Source: Anaerolineae bacterium (GTDB lineage: Bacteria; Chloroflexota; Anaerolineae; JAAYZQ01). Taken from it: DNA of 64,000 nt. Each line of letters opens with the position of its first letter. Within the stretch, counting starts at the first letter, position 1. Under the pieces are notes generated by a model, which had not been told where the DNA came from, did no database searches, and was given only the letters and a program-made list of their open reading frames with translations. The stretch is taken from NCBI GenBank assembly GCA_034435455.1, contig DAOTXL010000077.1, positions 9,344 through 73,343 of the forward strand, in the 5' to 3' direction. The translations under genes and the position numbers were made by a program. This document shows positions 27,792-36,943 of this stretch, in pieces.

Positions 27792-29818
27792 AGCGCGTTC
27801 TGTTCAACCGGTAGCCATGCCGGCTCGACTTTGACCACCAGCGGTAAAAAGTGGCAGGCTGTCCCCCTTTCCCCGCGCACCGTCACCGAGCGCAGCAGCG
27901 GCGTGGCCTGGTGGTCGGCCGGACCGTGGAGCGTCACCCGGTAACGGATGTAGACCGAGGTCATCGTCGTCAGGCCGGCCTGGTTATCGCCGTCTGTGCT
28001 GCTGGCCACCACCAACAGCCACGCTGACCAGGTCTGGCCGTCGTCGCTGGTGGCCACTTCCAGAGCCAGGTCGGTGCCGCCGGGCAGGGCCACATCCCAC
28101 TCGACAGCGGTCCAGGTGTGGGTCGCGCCGCCAAAGGCCACCGAGGTCAATTGCCCTTGGGCGGGGTAGATGTGGGGGATGGTCAGCGATTCGTCGGGAG
28201 CGAGGGCGCCGCCAGGATTAGGCCGGGCATAGGTCGTGCCAAACGCGGCGCTGGCCGCATTCCGGGTGCCGCCCACGGCCACACTGCCATAGCCCCCCAG
28301 AGTGGGCAAACCCTGGCGGTTGGCTTCGCTGTAACCGCCCGGCCCGCCCCAATAGACGTAGGAATCAATCTGGAAATTGTTCAGACTGTCCAGCAGGTTG
28401 CCAAAGACAATGTCGGGATAGCCGTCGTAATTCAGGTCTTCCACCGAGTTGCCGACGGCCCCCAAGGTGGGCAGCTCGCTGCGGTTAGCCGGGCTAAAAC
28501 CAGAAGCGCTGTTCCAGTAGATATAGCTGGTGGGATGGCGATAGTTGCTGAAGACGATATCCGGGTAGCCGTCGCCATTCAGGTCGGCCACCGAGTTGGC
28601 CGTGGCCCGGTTGGTAGGCAATTCAGTGCGGTTGCCCCGGCCAAAACCAGCGGGGCTTCCCCAGAAGATATAGCTGTTCACCGCCGTCTGGCCAGCGTTG
28701 TCGCGGCTGTTGCTGAACACGATGTCCAGCCAGCCATCGCTGTTAACGTCGGCCACGGTATTATCGGTGGCGCCGAGGGTGGGCAGGCCGGTGCGTCGCT
28801 CGCTGCTAAACCCTTCCTCTCCACCCCAGTAGACGTAACTGTCCTGCTCATAGTAGCCCTCCGTGTTGCGATGATTGCTGAACACAATGTCTAGCCAGCC
28901 ATCCTGGTTCAGGTCGGCCACCGAATTGGCGTAGGTGCCGATGGTGTCCAGGGTGGCGCGGTTGGCCGGGTCAAAGCCGCTGGCGCTGCCCCAGTAGATC
29001 CAGCTATACTCCACGAAATGGGTATCGTCCTGGTAGTGATTGCCAACGACGATGTCCAGCCAGCCGTCGTTGTTCAGGTCGGCCACGGAGGTGATGCCAC
29101 AGCCCTGGGTGGGCAGGTCGGCCCGGCGAGCGGGGCTATAGCCGTCAGCAGCACCCCAGTAGATCCAGGCTGGCACACTATAGTCACGGGCGTCGTTGTG
29201 CAGGTTGGCAAAGAGCAGGTCCAGGTAGCCGTCGTAGTTCAGGTCGGCCACAGAGACACTGCGAGCGCCCAGGGTAGGCAGGCCGGTCCGCCGGCCGGTC
29301 GAAAAGCCGTCGGCGCTGCCCCAGTAGATGTAGCTATCAATCTCGTAGCTGGTGTTGTCGAAGTAGTTGACCAGGATCAGGTCCAGGTAGCCATCCTGGT
29401 TCAGGTCGTCGTAAGGCGCGGCCGAGGGCAGGGTGAAGCCCAGTCGCAGCCCGCCTGCCTGCCGGGTGTCTACACCCCGGGCGACGGCGTAGCTGCCCGG
29501 CGCACTCCAGTCATCCTGGCGGTAGACAGTCTCGGCGCGTGGGATGTGGGTCGGCGTGTGGCTGGGCGGCAGGGTAGGCGACAAGGTGGCGGTGTTAACG
29601 ACCTGGATCGGGGCGTGGGTCTCGGTTGGCAGGGTAGCAGAGCTGGGGGCCTGGGTGAGTGTCGGCGTAGCCTGGAACTGGTCGGCGGCCAGGGTCGGTG
29701 GCGGAGGCGGTGTGGTGGCGATGACCGTTAGCTGCCGGGGCAGGGGCGGCCGACAGCCAGCCAGGGCCAGGAGCAAAAGCAGGCTAACGAACCGTTGGGT
29801 GAAAGACGGGCAGCTCAC
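27788..29818 (-). CDS. Lipoprotein with a Pro/Thr-rich linker, seven FG-GAP/VCBS repeats and a C-terminal FLPLV tail
   Basis: Lipobox LALAGC; seven (A/E/D)D(L/V)NxDG(Y/W)xD repeats each followed by SYxYW(G/N); ends HFLPLVVK... Confidence 0.85.
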   Translation of the reverse strand: MSCPSFTQRFVSLLLLLALAGCRPPLPRQLTVIATTPPPPPTLAADQFQATPTLTQAPSSATLPTETHAPIQVVNTATLSPTLPPSHTPTHIPRAETVYRQDDWSAPGSYAVARGVDTRQAGGLRLGFTLPSAAPYDDLNQDGYLDLILVNYFDNTSYEIDSYIYWGSADGFSTGRRTGLPTLGARSVSVADLNYDGYLDLLFANLHNDARDYSVPAWIYWGAADGYSPARRADLPTQGCGITSVADLNNDGWLDIVVGNHYQDDTHFVEYSWIYWGSASGFDPANRATLDTIGTYANSVADLNQDGWLDIVFSNHRNTEGYYEQDSYVYWGGEEGFSSERRTGLPTLGATDNTVADVNSDGWLDIVFSNSRDNAGQTAVNSYIFWGSPAGFGRGNRTELPTNRATANSVADLNGDGYPDIVFSNYRHPTSYIYWNSASGFSPANRSELPTLGAVGNSVEDLNYDGYPDIVFGNLLDSLNNFQIDSYVYWGGPGGYSEANRQGLPTLGGYGSVAVGGTRNAASAAFGTTYARPNPGGALAPDESLTIPHIYPAQGQLTSVAFGGATHTWTAVEWDVALPGGTDLALEVATSDDGQTWSAWLLVVASSTDGDNQAGLTTMTSVYIRYRVTLHGPADHQATPLLRSVTVRGERGTACHFLPLVVKVEPAWLPVEQNAL

Positions 29819-30942
29819 CCTTCTACTACCTCCTGATAAACGGTCAAGGTCTCCTGGGCCGTGCGTTCCCAGGAGAAGCGGGCGGCCTGGGCCAGGCCCC
29901 GTGCCCGCAGTTCCTCGGCCAGGCCCGGCTCGACGAGCAATTGCCGTATCGCCTCGGCCAGGGCGCCCGCGTCGGCAGGATCGTCCACCAGCAGCGCGGC
30001 GTCGCCCGTGGCCTCGGGGATAGCGCTGCAGTTGGTCGCCACTACCGGCGTGCCGCAGGCCATCGCCTCCAGCGGCACCAGCCCAAAGCCCTCGTGCAAT
30101 GAGGGATAGACCAGCAGGTCGGCGGCGCTGTAGAGCAGCGGCAGGTCGTCGGCCGGCAGGTAGCCAGTAAAGTGGACACAGCCCTCCAGGTCCAGCCTGG
30201 CGACCAGGGTTTCCAGCGCCGCCCGGTCGTCGCTGGTACGGAACGGCGGGCCGGTCAACACCAGATGATGGGGCAGCCCGACCTCGGCGCGCAGGCGGTG
30301 CAGAGCTTTGAGCGCCGCCGGCAGGTTCTTCTTGCGAGCGGTCAGGCCCACATACAACAGGAATCTGGCGGGCAGGCCATATTTGCTCCGGATCGCCGCC
30401 AACGCCGCCGGGTCCCGCCGGGGGAAAAAGCGCGGCTCCGGGGCCAGGTAGACGACGGTTACCTTCTCGCCAGGCACCCCCAGGCGGTCCATCAGATCCT
30501 GGCAGGTATTATACGAGATGGCGATGATTTTGTCAACGGTCTGCAAAAGGCGCGGCTGGACATTTCGCCAGTACCACACGTCCCAGGGCGGATAGAAGTG
30601 GGGCAGGGCCAGGATGGTCACGTCGAAGATGGTGATGACTGAGGGGCAGGGCGCGCTGAATACACCTAGCGCTCGCGCAAAGTGCACCAGGTCGGCCCCT
30701 TCCTGGCGCAGCAGGCGGGGCAGCCGGGCCTGGGCCCAGAGGCGCATCAGCATGCGGCGGCGGATGGGCACCACGGCCTGCCGAAAATTAGGGAACTCGT
30801 CCAATTCCGGCTGGCACTCCTCGACGACGACCAGGTATCGGTTCTTGGCGTCGAGCCGGCCCAGGGCGGTGAGGGTGGTAAGGGTAGCCGTCCGTGCCCC
30901 GCCGGGCCGGGCGATGCCCAAGGCATCCACTACAATTTTCAC
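29815..30942 (-). CDS. Glycosyltransferase family 4
   Basis: RKKNL, YPSLHEGFGLVPLEAMACGTPVV, FSWERTAQET. Confidence 0.92.
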   Translation of the reverse strand: MKIVVDALGIARPGGARTATLTTLTALGRLDAKNRYLVVVEECQPELDEFPNFRQAVVPIRRRMLMRLWAQARLPRLLRQEGADLVHFARALGVFSAPCPSVITIFDVTILALPHFYPPWDVWYWRNVQPRLLQTVDKIIAISYNTCQDLMDRLGVPGEKVTVVYLAPEPRFFPRRDPAALAAIRSKYGLPARFLLYVGLTARKKNLPAALKALHRLRAEVGLPHHLVLTGPPFRTSDDRAALETLVARLDLEGCVHFTGYLPADDLPLLYSAADLLVYPSLHEGFGLVPLEAMACGTPVVATNCSAIPEATGDAALLVDDPADAGALAEAIRQLLVEPGLAEELRARGLAQAARFSWERTAQETLTVYQEVVEG

Positions 30943-32072
30943 GATGGTGCCAATTCCTCCAGTACAGCGCGTACACGACGGCCTATGGCGGCGGGTGTAA
31001 AGTGCTGGCGGTAATGGGCCAGCCCGGCCGTGCCGAGCCGGATGCGCAACTCTGGGTTGGCTTTCAGAGCCCGCAGTGCAGCGGCGAGGGCCTCCGGGTC
31101 GGCGGCGGGACAGAGGTAGGCGGTCTCGCCGTGGCGAACCACCTCACGGTTGGCGGGGGTATCGGCGGTGAGCACCGGCAAGCCCAAGGCCAGTCCCTCG
31201 TAAACCTTGTTGGACACAGCGTGTTGCGCCTGGGGCGTTTTACCAAAGTTCCCCAGACACACATCGGCGGCATGCAAGTGATGCACCAACTCTTCCTTCT
31301 CCATCCAGCCCAGAAAGGTTACGTTGGGCAGGCTCAGGTCGACGGCGAGTTGTTGGGCCGCGGCCTTGCCCTCGCCCTCGCCGATGAATTCAAAGGCAAA
31401 TGCTGGATCATCGGTCAGCAGGGCAGCAGCGCGCAGGATATACTCGACGCCAGCGGTAGGGATGTATTTGCCGTGGTAGATGACGCGAAAGGGGCGCTCA
31501 GCGGGCCGTCTTGGGCCGCCGGGTTGGAAGAAGTGGTCGTCGGCGCCAATGGGTACCAGGGCAAAGTGACCCTCCGTCAGGCCATATAGCTCACAAAAAT
31601 AAGCGATGTGAGCCTGCGTGTCAAGCAACACCCGGTCAGCCAGGCGGCAGGCAGTGCGCTCCAGGGTGTAGACCAGCCGCGCCTTCAACGAGCCGGACCG
31701 GGCCAGCTTGCGTTCGTGGACGATGCTGTTGTAGACCGACAGGTAGGCATCCAACAGCAGGGGCCGCCGCGAGAAGCGGGTCAGTAGCCAGGCGGGATAG
31801 ATGTCGAGCAGGCCAGCATAACCAACAAGCACGGCGTCGTGAGGGCCAAGACAGGCATAATCGCGGGCCAGGGCCAGGTAGGTGCCCATCAGCCTGCCCA
31901 AGAAGCCGATTTGCTTCCAACCGCCGGCGGCCCTGGCGATCTTGTCGGCGGTGCCATGCCACAGCGTCCGGTGACACTCGACCACCTCGACGCCGTTCTG
32001 GCGCAGCCCTTCGATGATGATGCAATTCCGGGCATAGTCCCGGTCGTAGGTGCCGAAGTAACAAACTCGCAA
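30939..32072 (-). CDS. Glycosyltransferase family 4
   Basis: YHGKYIPTAGVEYIL, ADVCLGNFG, SNKVYEGLALGLPVLT. Confidence 0.88.
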   Translation of the reverse strand: MRVCYFGTYDRDYARNCIIIEGLRQNGVEVVECHRTLWHGTADKIARAAGGWKQIGFLGRLMGTYLALARDYACLGPHDAVLVGYAGLLDIYPAWLLTRFSRRPLLLDAYLSVYNSIVHERKLARSGSLKARLVYTLERTACRLADRVLLDTQAHIAYFCELYGLTEGHFALVPIGADDHFFQPGGPRRPAERPFRVIYHGKYIPTAGVEYILRAAALLTDDPAFAFEFIGEGEGKAAAQQLAVDLSLPNVTFLGWMEKEELVHHLHAADVCLGNFGKTPQAQHAVSNKVYEGLALGLPVLTADTPANREVVRHGETAYLCPAADPEALAAALRALKANPELRIRLGTAGLAHYRQHFTPAAIGRRVRAVLEELAPS

Positions 32073-32081
32073 GGACAGGCC

Positions 32082-33125
32082 TCAGTACTGTCGGTGGCAG
32101 CACCGTCCGCAATCGGAAAAGATGCCTTGGCGGGCCAGCTCGTTGCAAAAGTCACGGAAGCGGCGGTTGTTCCACACCTGGCGGAAAGAGCCGCTTTTGG
32201 TCTTGACATTATCCACTACAAAACCCCGGCAGGGGGTCACGTTGCCCAACATGTCCACCCGCACCACGTACCAGGGAAAGACGCATTTGCGGTTGAGCTC
32301 ATCCTCGCTGCCCTGGTAGTAGGTGCGCAGCTTTTTGTCGCTCATACGGGGATAGAAAGTAAGGGGCAGCCCGGCAGCTTGGGCCTGCTGTTTCAAGACG
32401 GGGATGTCGGCCAGAAGGCGATCCACATCCAAAGCCGCTTTGTCTTGGCGATTACAGTCGGAGAAGATCAGATGCTGAAAGCTCAGCGAATCCGCGCCAG
32501 CCGTCCGGGCGAGGGGGATCATCGCCGCCAGGTGGGGCAGGCTCTGCGGCGTGATGACGGTGTTAATAGTGATGGCTGGCTTATTCGCCCCCTGGGTCTG
32601 CCGGGCAGCGACCAGGGCCCGGATGCCGGCGACGGCCCGCGCGTGGGCGCCCGGCACACCGCGCATCTCATCATGGATCTGCGGCGGACCGTCAATGGAG
32701 ACGTGGATACGATCCAGGCCCAGGCGCACCAGCTCTGCGGCGTGACGCTCCAGCAGCAGGCCGTTGGTCGTCAGCGAGCAGTTGAACCCGCGCTCCTTGA
32801 TGTAGGCCAGCAGCGGCACGAAATCGTGGCGCAGCAACGGTTCACCGCCGATGAGGTGGATGAACGGCTTGACGCGAAAAGAGACAGCCAGGTCGTCTAG
32901 CACACCTTTGAGGTCATTGAGTGTCAACTCGGGCGTGCCGCCCTCCCGCTGCTCCACCTGGACGCACATGGCACAACGCATGTTGCAGCGGATGGTCAGG
33001 GCCAGGACGATACCCAGCGGGAAGGGACTCCATCCGCCCAGGCGCTGGATCAGGTTGGGAATGCCCAAGCTCTGGAGGTTTTCGATAGCTTTCAGGTTGA
33101 TTCTTTGCAGAAATCCAAGGGCCAA
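32082..33125 (-). CDS. Radical SAM enzyme with a SPASM/Twitch domain (BtrN-like)
   Basis: CNMRCAMC, GGEPLL, TTNG, VSIDG, C-terminal CVFPW...GNVTPC...CGRCC. Confidence 0.88.
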   Translation of the reverse strand: MALGFLQRINLKAIENLQSLGIPNLIQRLGGWSPFPLGIVLALTIRCNMRCAMCVQVEQREGGTPELTLNDLKGVLDDLAVSFRVKPFIHLIGGEPLLRHDFVPLLAYIKERGFNCSLTTNGLLLERHAAELVRLGLDRIHVSIDGPPQIHDEMRGVPGAHARAVAGIRALVAARQTQGANKPAITINTVITPQSLPHLAAMIPLARTAGADSLSFQHLIFSDCNRQDKAALDVDRLLADIPVLKQQAQAAGLPLTFYPRMSDKKLRTYYQGSEDELNRKCVFPWYVVRVDMLGNVTPCRGFVVDNVKTKSGSFRQVWNNRRFRDFCNELARQGIFSDCGRCCHRQY

Positions 33126-33152
33126 AGTTACACCCGGTGCACAAGCAGCCCG

Positions 33153-34043
33153 CTAGTCCACACGCCGGTGCTGGGTCACGATCAGGTCGGCCAGCAAGCC
33201 GTTCATAAAGACCATGAAGGCCAGGACCAGGATGATGACAGTGGACTCGCGGACGCGCGGGTAAAAAGCAATAAAGAGATCGTGGATCAGCTTGGCAAAG
33301 CCGAACAAAAAGATGACGACACTCATGGGCAAAAAGATTTTGAGCGGATTAAAATACATCACCGTCCGCACGACCTGGACCAGATAGTTGTAGGTGTCCT
33401 TCAGGGGGTGGAACTTGGATTGGCCGATGCGTGGATAATAGTCAATGGGCACAAAGACAACGGCGTAGCCATTGCTCATAAAGGTAAGGGTGATGGTGCT
33501 CACCCAGGAGTGGGTGGTGGGCAGGAGGTTCAGGTAACGCATGGCGATGTCCCGCCGAAAAGCACGGAACCCTGAATTGAGATCCGGGATGGACACACCG
33601 GTCAGATAGGAGGCCAGCCAGCGGATAAAAGCCTTGGTCGGCGTGCGCAGCCACCGGAGCGTGCCCGTCTCCCGCCGTCGGGCACCGATGACCATGTCAC
33701 AACCTTGCTCCTCCAACACCGCCACCAGGCGGGGCATCTCCTGATTGGGATAGGTGCCGTCGGCATCGGTCATGACGATCACCTCGCCACGGGCCGCTTT
33801 CAGGCCGGTGGTCCGCGCTGCCCCTGTCCCCCGGTTGACCGGATGCTGGATCAGCCGCACCCCCTCCCACCGACGCACGATCTCGGCGCTGCCGTCGGTG
33901 GAGCCATCATCTACGACAATGATCTCATAGGGCCGGCCGCTCTGCTCCATTGCCGCCGTGATCCGTTCCAACTCGGCACCGATGGCCTGCTCCTCGTTGT
34001 ACATCGGAATGACGATGCTGATCAAAGTGGTGGATTCGGTCAA
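33153..34043 (-). CDS. GT2 polyprenol-phosphate glycosyltransferase (DPM1/GtrB-like) with two C-terminal TM helices
   Basis: SIVIPMYNEE, VVDDGSTD, MTDADGTY, DLNSGFRAF. Confidence 0.9.
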   Translation of the reverse strand: MTESTTLISIVIPMYNEEQAIGAELERITAAMEQSGRPYEIIVVDDGSTDGSAEIVRRWEGVRLIQHPVNRGTGAARTTGLKAARGEVIVMTDADGTYPNQEMPRLVAVLEEQGCDMVIGARRRETGTLRWLRTPTKAFIRWLASYLTGVSIPDLNSGFRAFRRDIAMRYLNLLPTTHSWVSTITLTFMSNGYAVVFVPIDYYPRIGQSKFHPLKDTYNYLVQVVRTVMYFNPLKIFLPMSVVIFLFGFAKLIHDLFIAFYPRVRESTVIILVLAFMVFMNGLLADLIVTQHRRVD

Positions 34044-34087
34044 ACTGCCCTCCGGTTGAGCCCGCTTCTGGAGCGGACGCTGGCTGG

Positions 34088-34116
34088 ATTATAATCGAGA
34101 AGCACCGGATTTGCAA
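34088..34116 (-). promoter_or_regulatory. Sigma70-type promoter
   Basis: TTGCAA-N17-TATAAT upstream of the GT2 gene. Confidence 0.65.
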
Positions 34117-34323
34117 CCCGGCTCGGGGCGGGGGCCGAGATGCAAAGCCCCCGCCCTTTCTGGCAAGGCTTCTCTGGGAAAGACGGACGGGACTCAGTCG
34201 CTGCCGGGGTGGCTCCTGCCCCCCCGCTGCCCCTGGTCTCGTTGACCATGACCCCTTCCTCCCGCCCGGCAAAGGACCGGTTTGTGCCGACGGGCGATCT
34301 GGCCGGACCTCCAAGATGGCGGC

Positions 34324-35037
34324 CTATCGGATCGCCCGCGCCGTTTGCAGCAGAAACAGGGTCAAAACCAGGGCATAGATCAGCGCCAGACCCACGTAGA
34401 ACCCCTTGACGCCGAGCAGGTAGGGCCGACCCTCGGCCAGGCGGGTCAGCAGCAGGTCGGCTTTATCTCGCGTTCTAAGGGTGTAAAAGGAGTGAAACTG
34501 CAGGTCGCCGGCCACCGCTTCGCCGTTCAGACAGGCGCTGGCTCCGTCCAGGGTGGCACCGGGGCTGTAGCGGACGGCGATAGCGTCTCCCGGCACAGAA
34601 TCGGCCGATTCCAGATAGAAATAAAAGGTCTGCCCCTTCGAGTTGCGCAACGGCGGGAACTCGAACCGATAAGGCACGCCGGTTTGTACCTCCTCGGTGC
34701 TCAACTGCGCAGTCCACAGGTCGTCGGCGGCGGCCGGATCGGTTTTCAGGTGAAAGGTGATCGGGTGCGGGCTCCTGGCCGTGGCCCGGTCGAGCGTAAC
34801 TTCGATGCGGTACAGGCCCGGCAAGGGAGCCGTGAACCGCTGGCCCACCTGCGTATCCCCGGCCACCTCCGCCGACAGGCCCTCCCCTACCGGGTTGCCC
34901 CACGGAGGGACCACCAGGCGGTCCAGCGACGTTTTGACCACAACGGCCATGGCCGCCAACCACACGGCCAGCAAGACCACGACCACCAGGCAGCGTCGGG
35001 TCACGGGTTTGTCCGACGGCGATAGAGGGTCAGCCAT
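34324..35037 (-). CDS. Hypothetical membrane protein (two TM helices flanking an extracellular beta domain)
   Basis: Start MADPLSPSDK at 35037 inside track ORF 34324..35916; VGQRFTAP..GL..IEV..YRFEFPP domain homologous to the N-terminus of 36944..39442. Confidence 0.65.
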   Translation of the reverse strand: MADPLSPSDKPVTRRCLVVVVLLAVWLAAMAVVVKTSLDRLVVPPWGNPVGEGLSAEVAGDTQVGQRFTAPLPGLYRIEVTLDRATARSPHPITFHLKTDPAAADDLWTAQLSTEEVQTGVPYRFEFPPLRNSKGQTFYFYLESADSVPGDAIAVRYSPGATLDGASACLNGEAVAGDLQFHSFYTLRTRDKADLLLTRLAEGRPYLLGVKGFYVGLALIYALVLTLFLLQTARAIR

Positions 35038-36509
35038 AGGGAATCCTGATCTGCAAACTGACGCACCGGCAGATAAGCCGCCTGGAACCAGTCGCTCTCT
35101 GCCGGATAGGAGAAACCGTTGCCGTGAAGTACCACATAGTCGGGCCGGTAATTTTGAATGGCCCAGGCCGCCGATTCCTGGTAGGTGCTGTCGGCGGTGA
35201 AGCGGCGGGCCACCTCCGGCTGGATCAGTCCGGCAAAGTCTACCATGGGCCGTTGGGCATAGTAGCCGATGATGCCCACCTCCAGCGCCCCGACCGTGGC
35301 CTGGGGTGGCGTGTTGACGGCCAGCCATCGGCCGATCTCGCGGTAGGGCCCCAGTCGGGGGTCCGAGCGCCAGGCAGCCCCCAACGTGCCGCTCAGCAAC
35401 GGCGCCAGCAGGCCGATCAGCAACAGGCCCGTCAGGCCGGTGGACAACGTCTGGGGCGCTCGGAGCCGGAGTATCAGGCGGAGCAGGGCTACCGCCCCCT
35501 CGGCCACCAACACGACAAAGGCGGGGACCAGGGGGGCGTAGTACCAGAAATAGCGGCTGACGCCCAGGAGGGTATAGGCCAGGAAGTAGAGAGCGGTCCA
35601 CAGCAGCAGCAGCGCCCAATGGCGGTCTTTTACCGCCACCCGCGCCAACCCGACCACCGCCAGGGCCCCGTGCAGGCGGTAAAGCGGCTGGCGGCCCAAC
35701 CCTCGCACCAGATCCACAAAGCCGGCCCCAAAGCGGGTGCTGATCGCCATCTGCCCTTGTTGCTGTTTGACAAGCAAGGTGACCGGCCACGGCGCACCGA
35801 AATAGAGCCACAGGCCACCGTACCAGGCCCCCACCAGAACGATATAGAGGGCTACCGGCGCCCACGGCATCGCGAGGTGGCATTCTGCCCGGCCGCCGGC
35901 CCGGAGGCAGCGCCACAGGTGATAGAGGGCCAGCGCCACGGCGGCGAGCAGGCCATCGGGCCGGACCATCGCCGCCAGGGCCAGGGCGACGGCCGCCAGG
36001 CTCAGGCGGGAACGGTCGTAGGCGGAGAATCCGGCCATGATGAGCAGCAGGTACAGGCCGATCTCGGCGCCCAGGGTGGTGAGCAGCAGGGGGAAAAGGC
36101 TCAACAGCAGAGCGGCGATCATCCCCGTGGCTTTCTGTCCCCGGCGCAGCGCCCAGGCCAGGAGGAGGGTGGCACTTCCCAGCACAGAGGCAGCACTCAG
36201 GGCGTTGCTGAGGGCAGGAAGGCCCCGGCCGGAGGGGTCAGGCCAGAGGTAGCCCAGGCCGGCCAGCAGGATGGCGTATAACGGGGCTGTCGTGCTGAGC
36301 GTCCGCTGCCCGACGTTGTACACAAATCCGTGGCCGGCCAACAGGTTCCGGGCGTAGCGAAAGGTGATATAGGGGTCATCATAGCCCCATCGCCCCAGGA
36401 ATGAGATCAACCCGGCCAGGGTCAATATCCCCAGGGTGATGCCGGTCATCGCCTGCCAACGGTCCAGTCTCTGAGCGGTAGCAATTTCCTGTTTGTCGGA
36501 TGGCTGCAT
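35001..36509 (-). CDS. GT-C-fold membrane glycosyltransferase (ArnT/PMT/Aft-like)
   Basis: First loop GYDDPYITFRYARNLLAGHGFVYN; MVRPDG; ~12 TM helices; C-terminal ALEVGIIGYY..DFAGLI. Confidence 0.75.
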   Translation of the reverse strand: MQPSDKQEIATAQRLDRWQAMTGITLGILTLAGLISFLGRWGYDDPYITFRYARNLLAGHGFVYNVGQRTLSTTAPLYAILLAGLGYLWPDPSGRGLPALSNALSAASVLGSATLLLAWALRRGQKATGMIAALLLSLFPLLLTTLGAEIGLYLLLIMAGFSAYDRSRLSLAAVALALAAMVRPDGLLAAVALALYHLWRCLRAGGRAECHLAMPWAPVALYIVLVGAWYGGLWLYFGAPWPVTLLVKQQQGQMAISTRFGAGFVDLVRGLGRQPLYRLHGALAVVGLARVAVKDRHWALLLLWTALYFLAYTLLGVSRYFWYYAPLVPAFVVLVAEGAVALLRLILRLRAPQTLSTGLTGLLLIGLLAPLLSGTLGAAWRSDPRLGPYREIGRWLAVNTPPQATVGALEVGIIGYYAQRPMVDFAGLIQPEVARRFTADSTYQESAAWAIQNYRPDYVVLHGNGFSYPAESDWFQAAYLPVRQFADQDSLWLTLYRRRTNP

Positions 36510-36566
36510 GGGAGATTTTTCACTGCGCCCGGCCTGGGTGGGACCCCCTGGATCAGAGTTCATTTA

Positions 36567-36671
36567 TTAGCCATTTCCCTGACGGATAGTGGGTTCAACC
36601 GGAATGCGCGTACCACGGATCACCGGTTTGCCCAGCATGACCGCAGGATTGATTTCGATACGGTCTATCAA
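36567..36671 (-). pseudogene. Truncated DUF433-family (antitoxin-like) gene remnant, 34 codons
   Basis: TTG start; MIDRIEINPAVMLGKPVIRGTRIPVE matches the DUF433 N-terminal signature and then stops after 8 more codons. Confidence 0.75.
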
Positions 36672-36726
36672 GGTTGGAGACGTATTTCCACCCCCTCAAA
36701 TTCTCGATCTGGCTATTCTGCCGGAG

Positions 36727-36756
36727 ATTGTAGCATAGCCCATTCCATCCTGTCAA
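36727..36756 (-). promoter_or_regulatory. Sigma70-type promoter upstream of the DUF433 remnant and GT-C gene
   Basis: TTGACA-N18-TACAAT with extended TG. Confidence 0.65.
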
Positions 36757-36943
36757 GCCGTTCGTCCCGACAGATGGCGGCCAGGGGAGGGCGGAGAGCA
36801 AAGATGAGCACGCCCTCGCGGTCATAGACCGGTTCGTACAATGGGCATCCTTAACAGGGGGCGGTTGAGTGCCCGGTACAGCATGGGGGTATCATGCGCA
36901 ATCCCCCCCGATACGGAGATACGGGCCAGGATCAGCGCGATCT

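Noticed and set aside
28200-29420. Regularly spaced DNA repeats that could suggest a CRISPR array
   Set aside because: They are the coding FG-GAP repeats (degenerate, in frame); no cas genes or identical repeats with unique spacers occur in the window.
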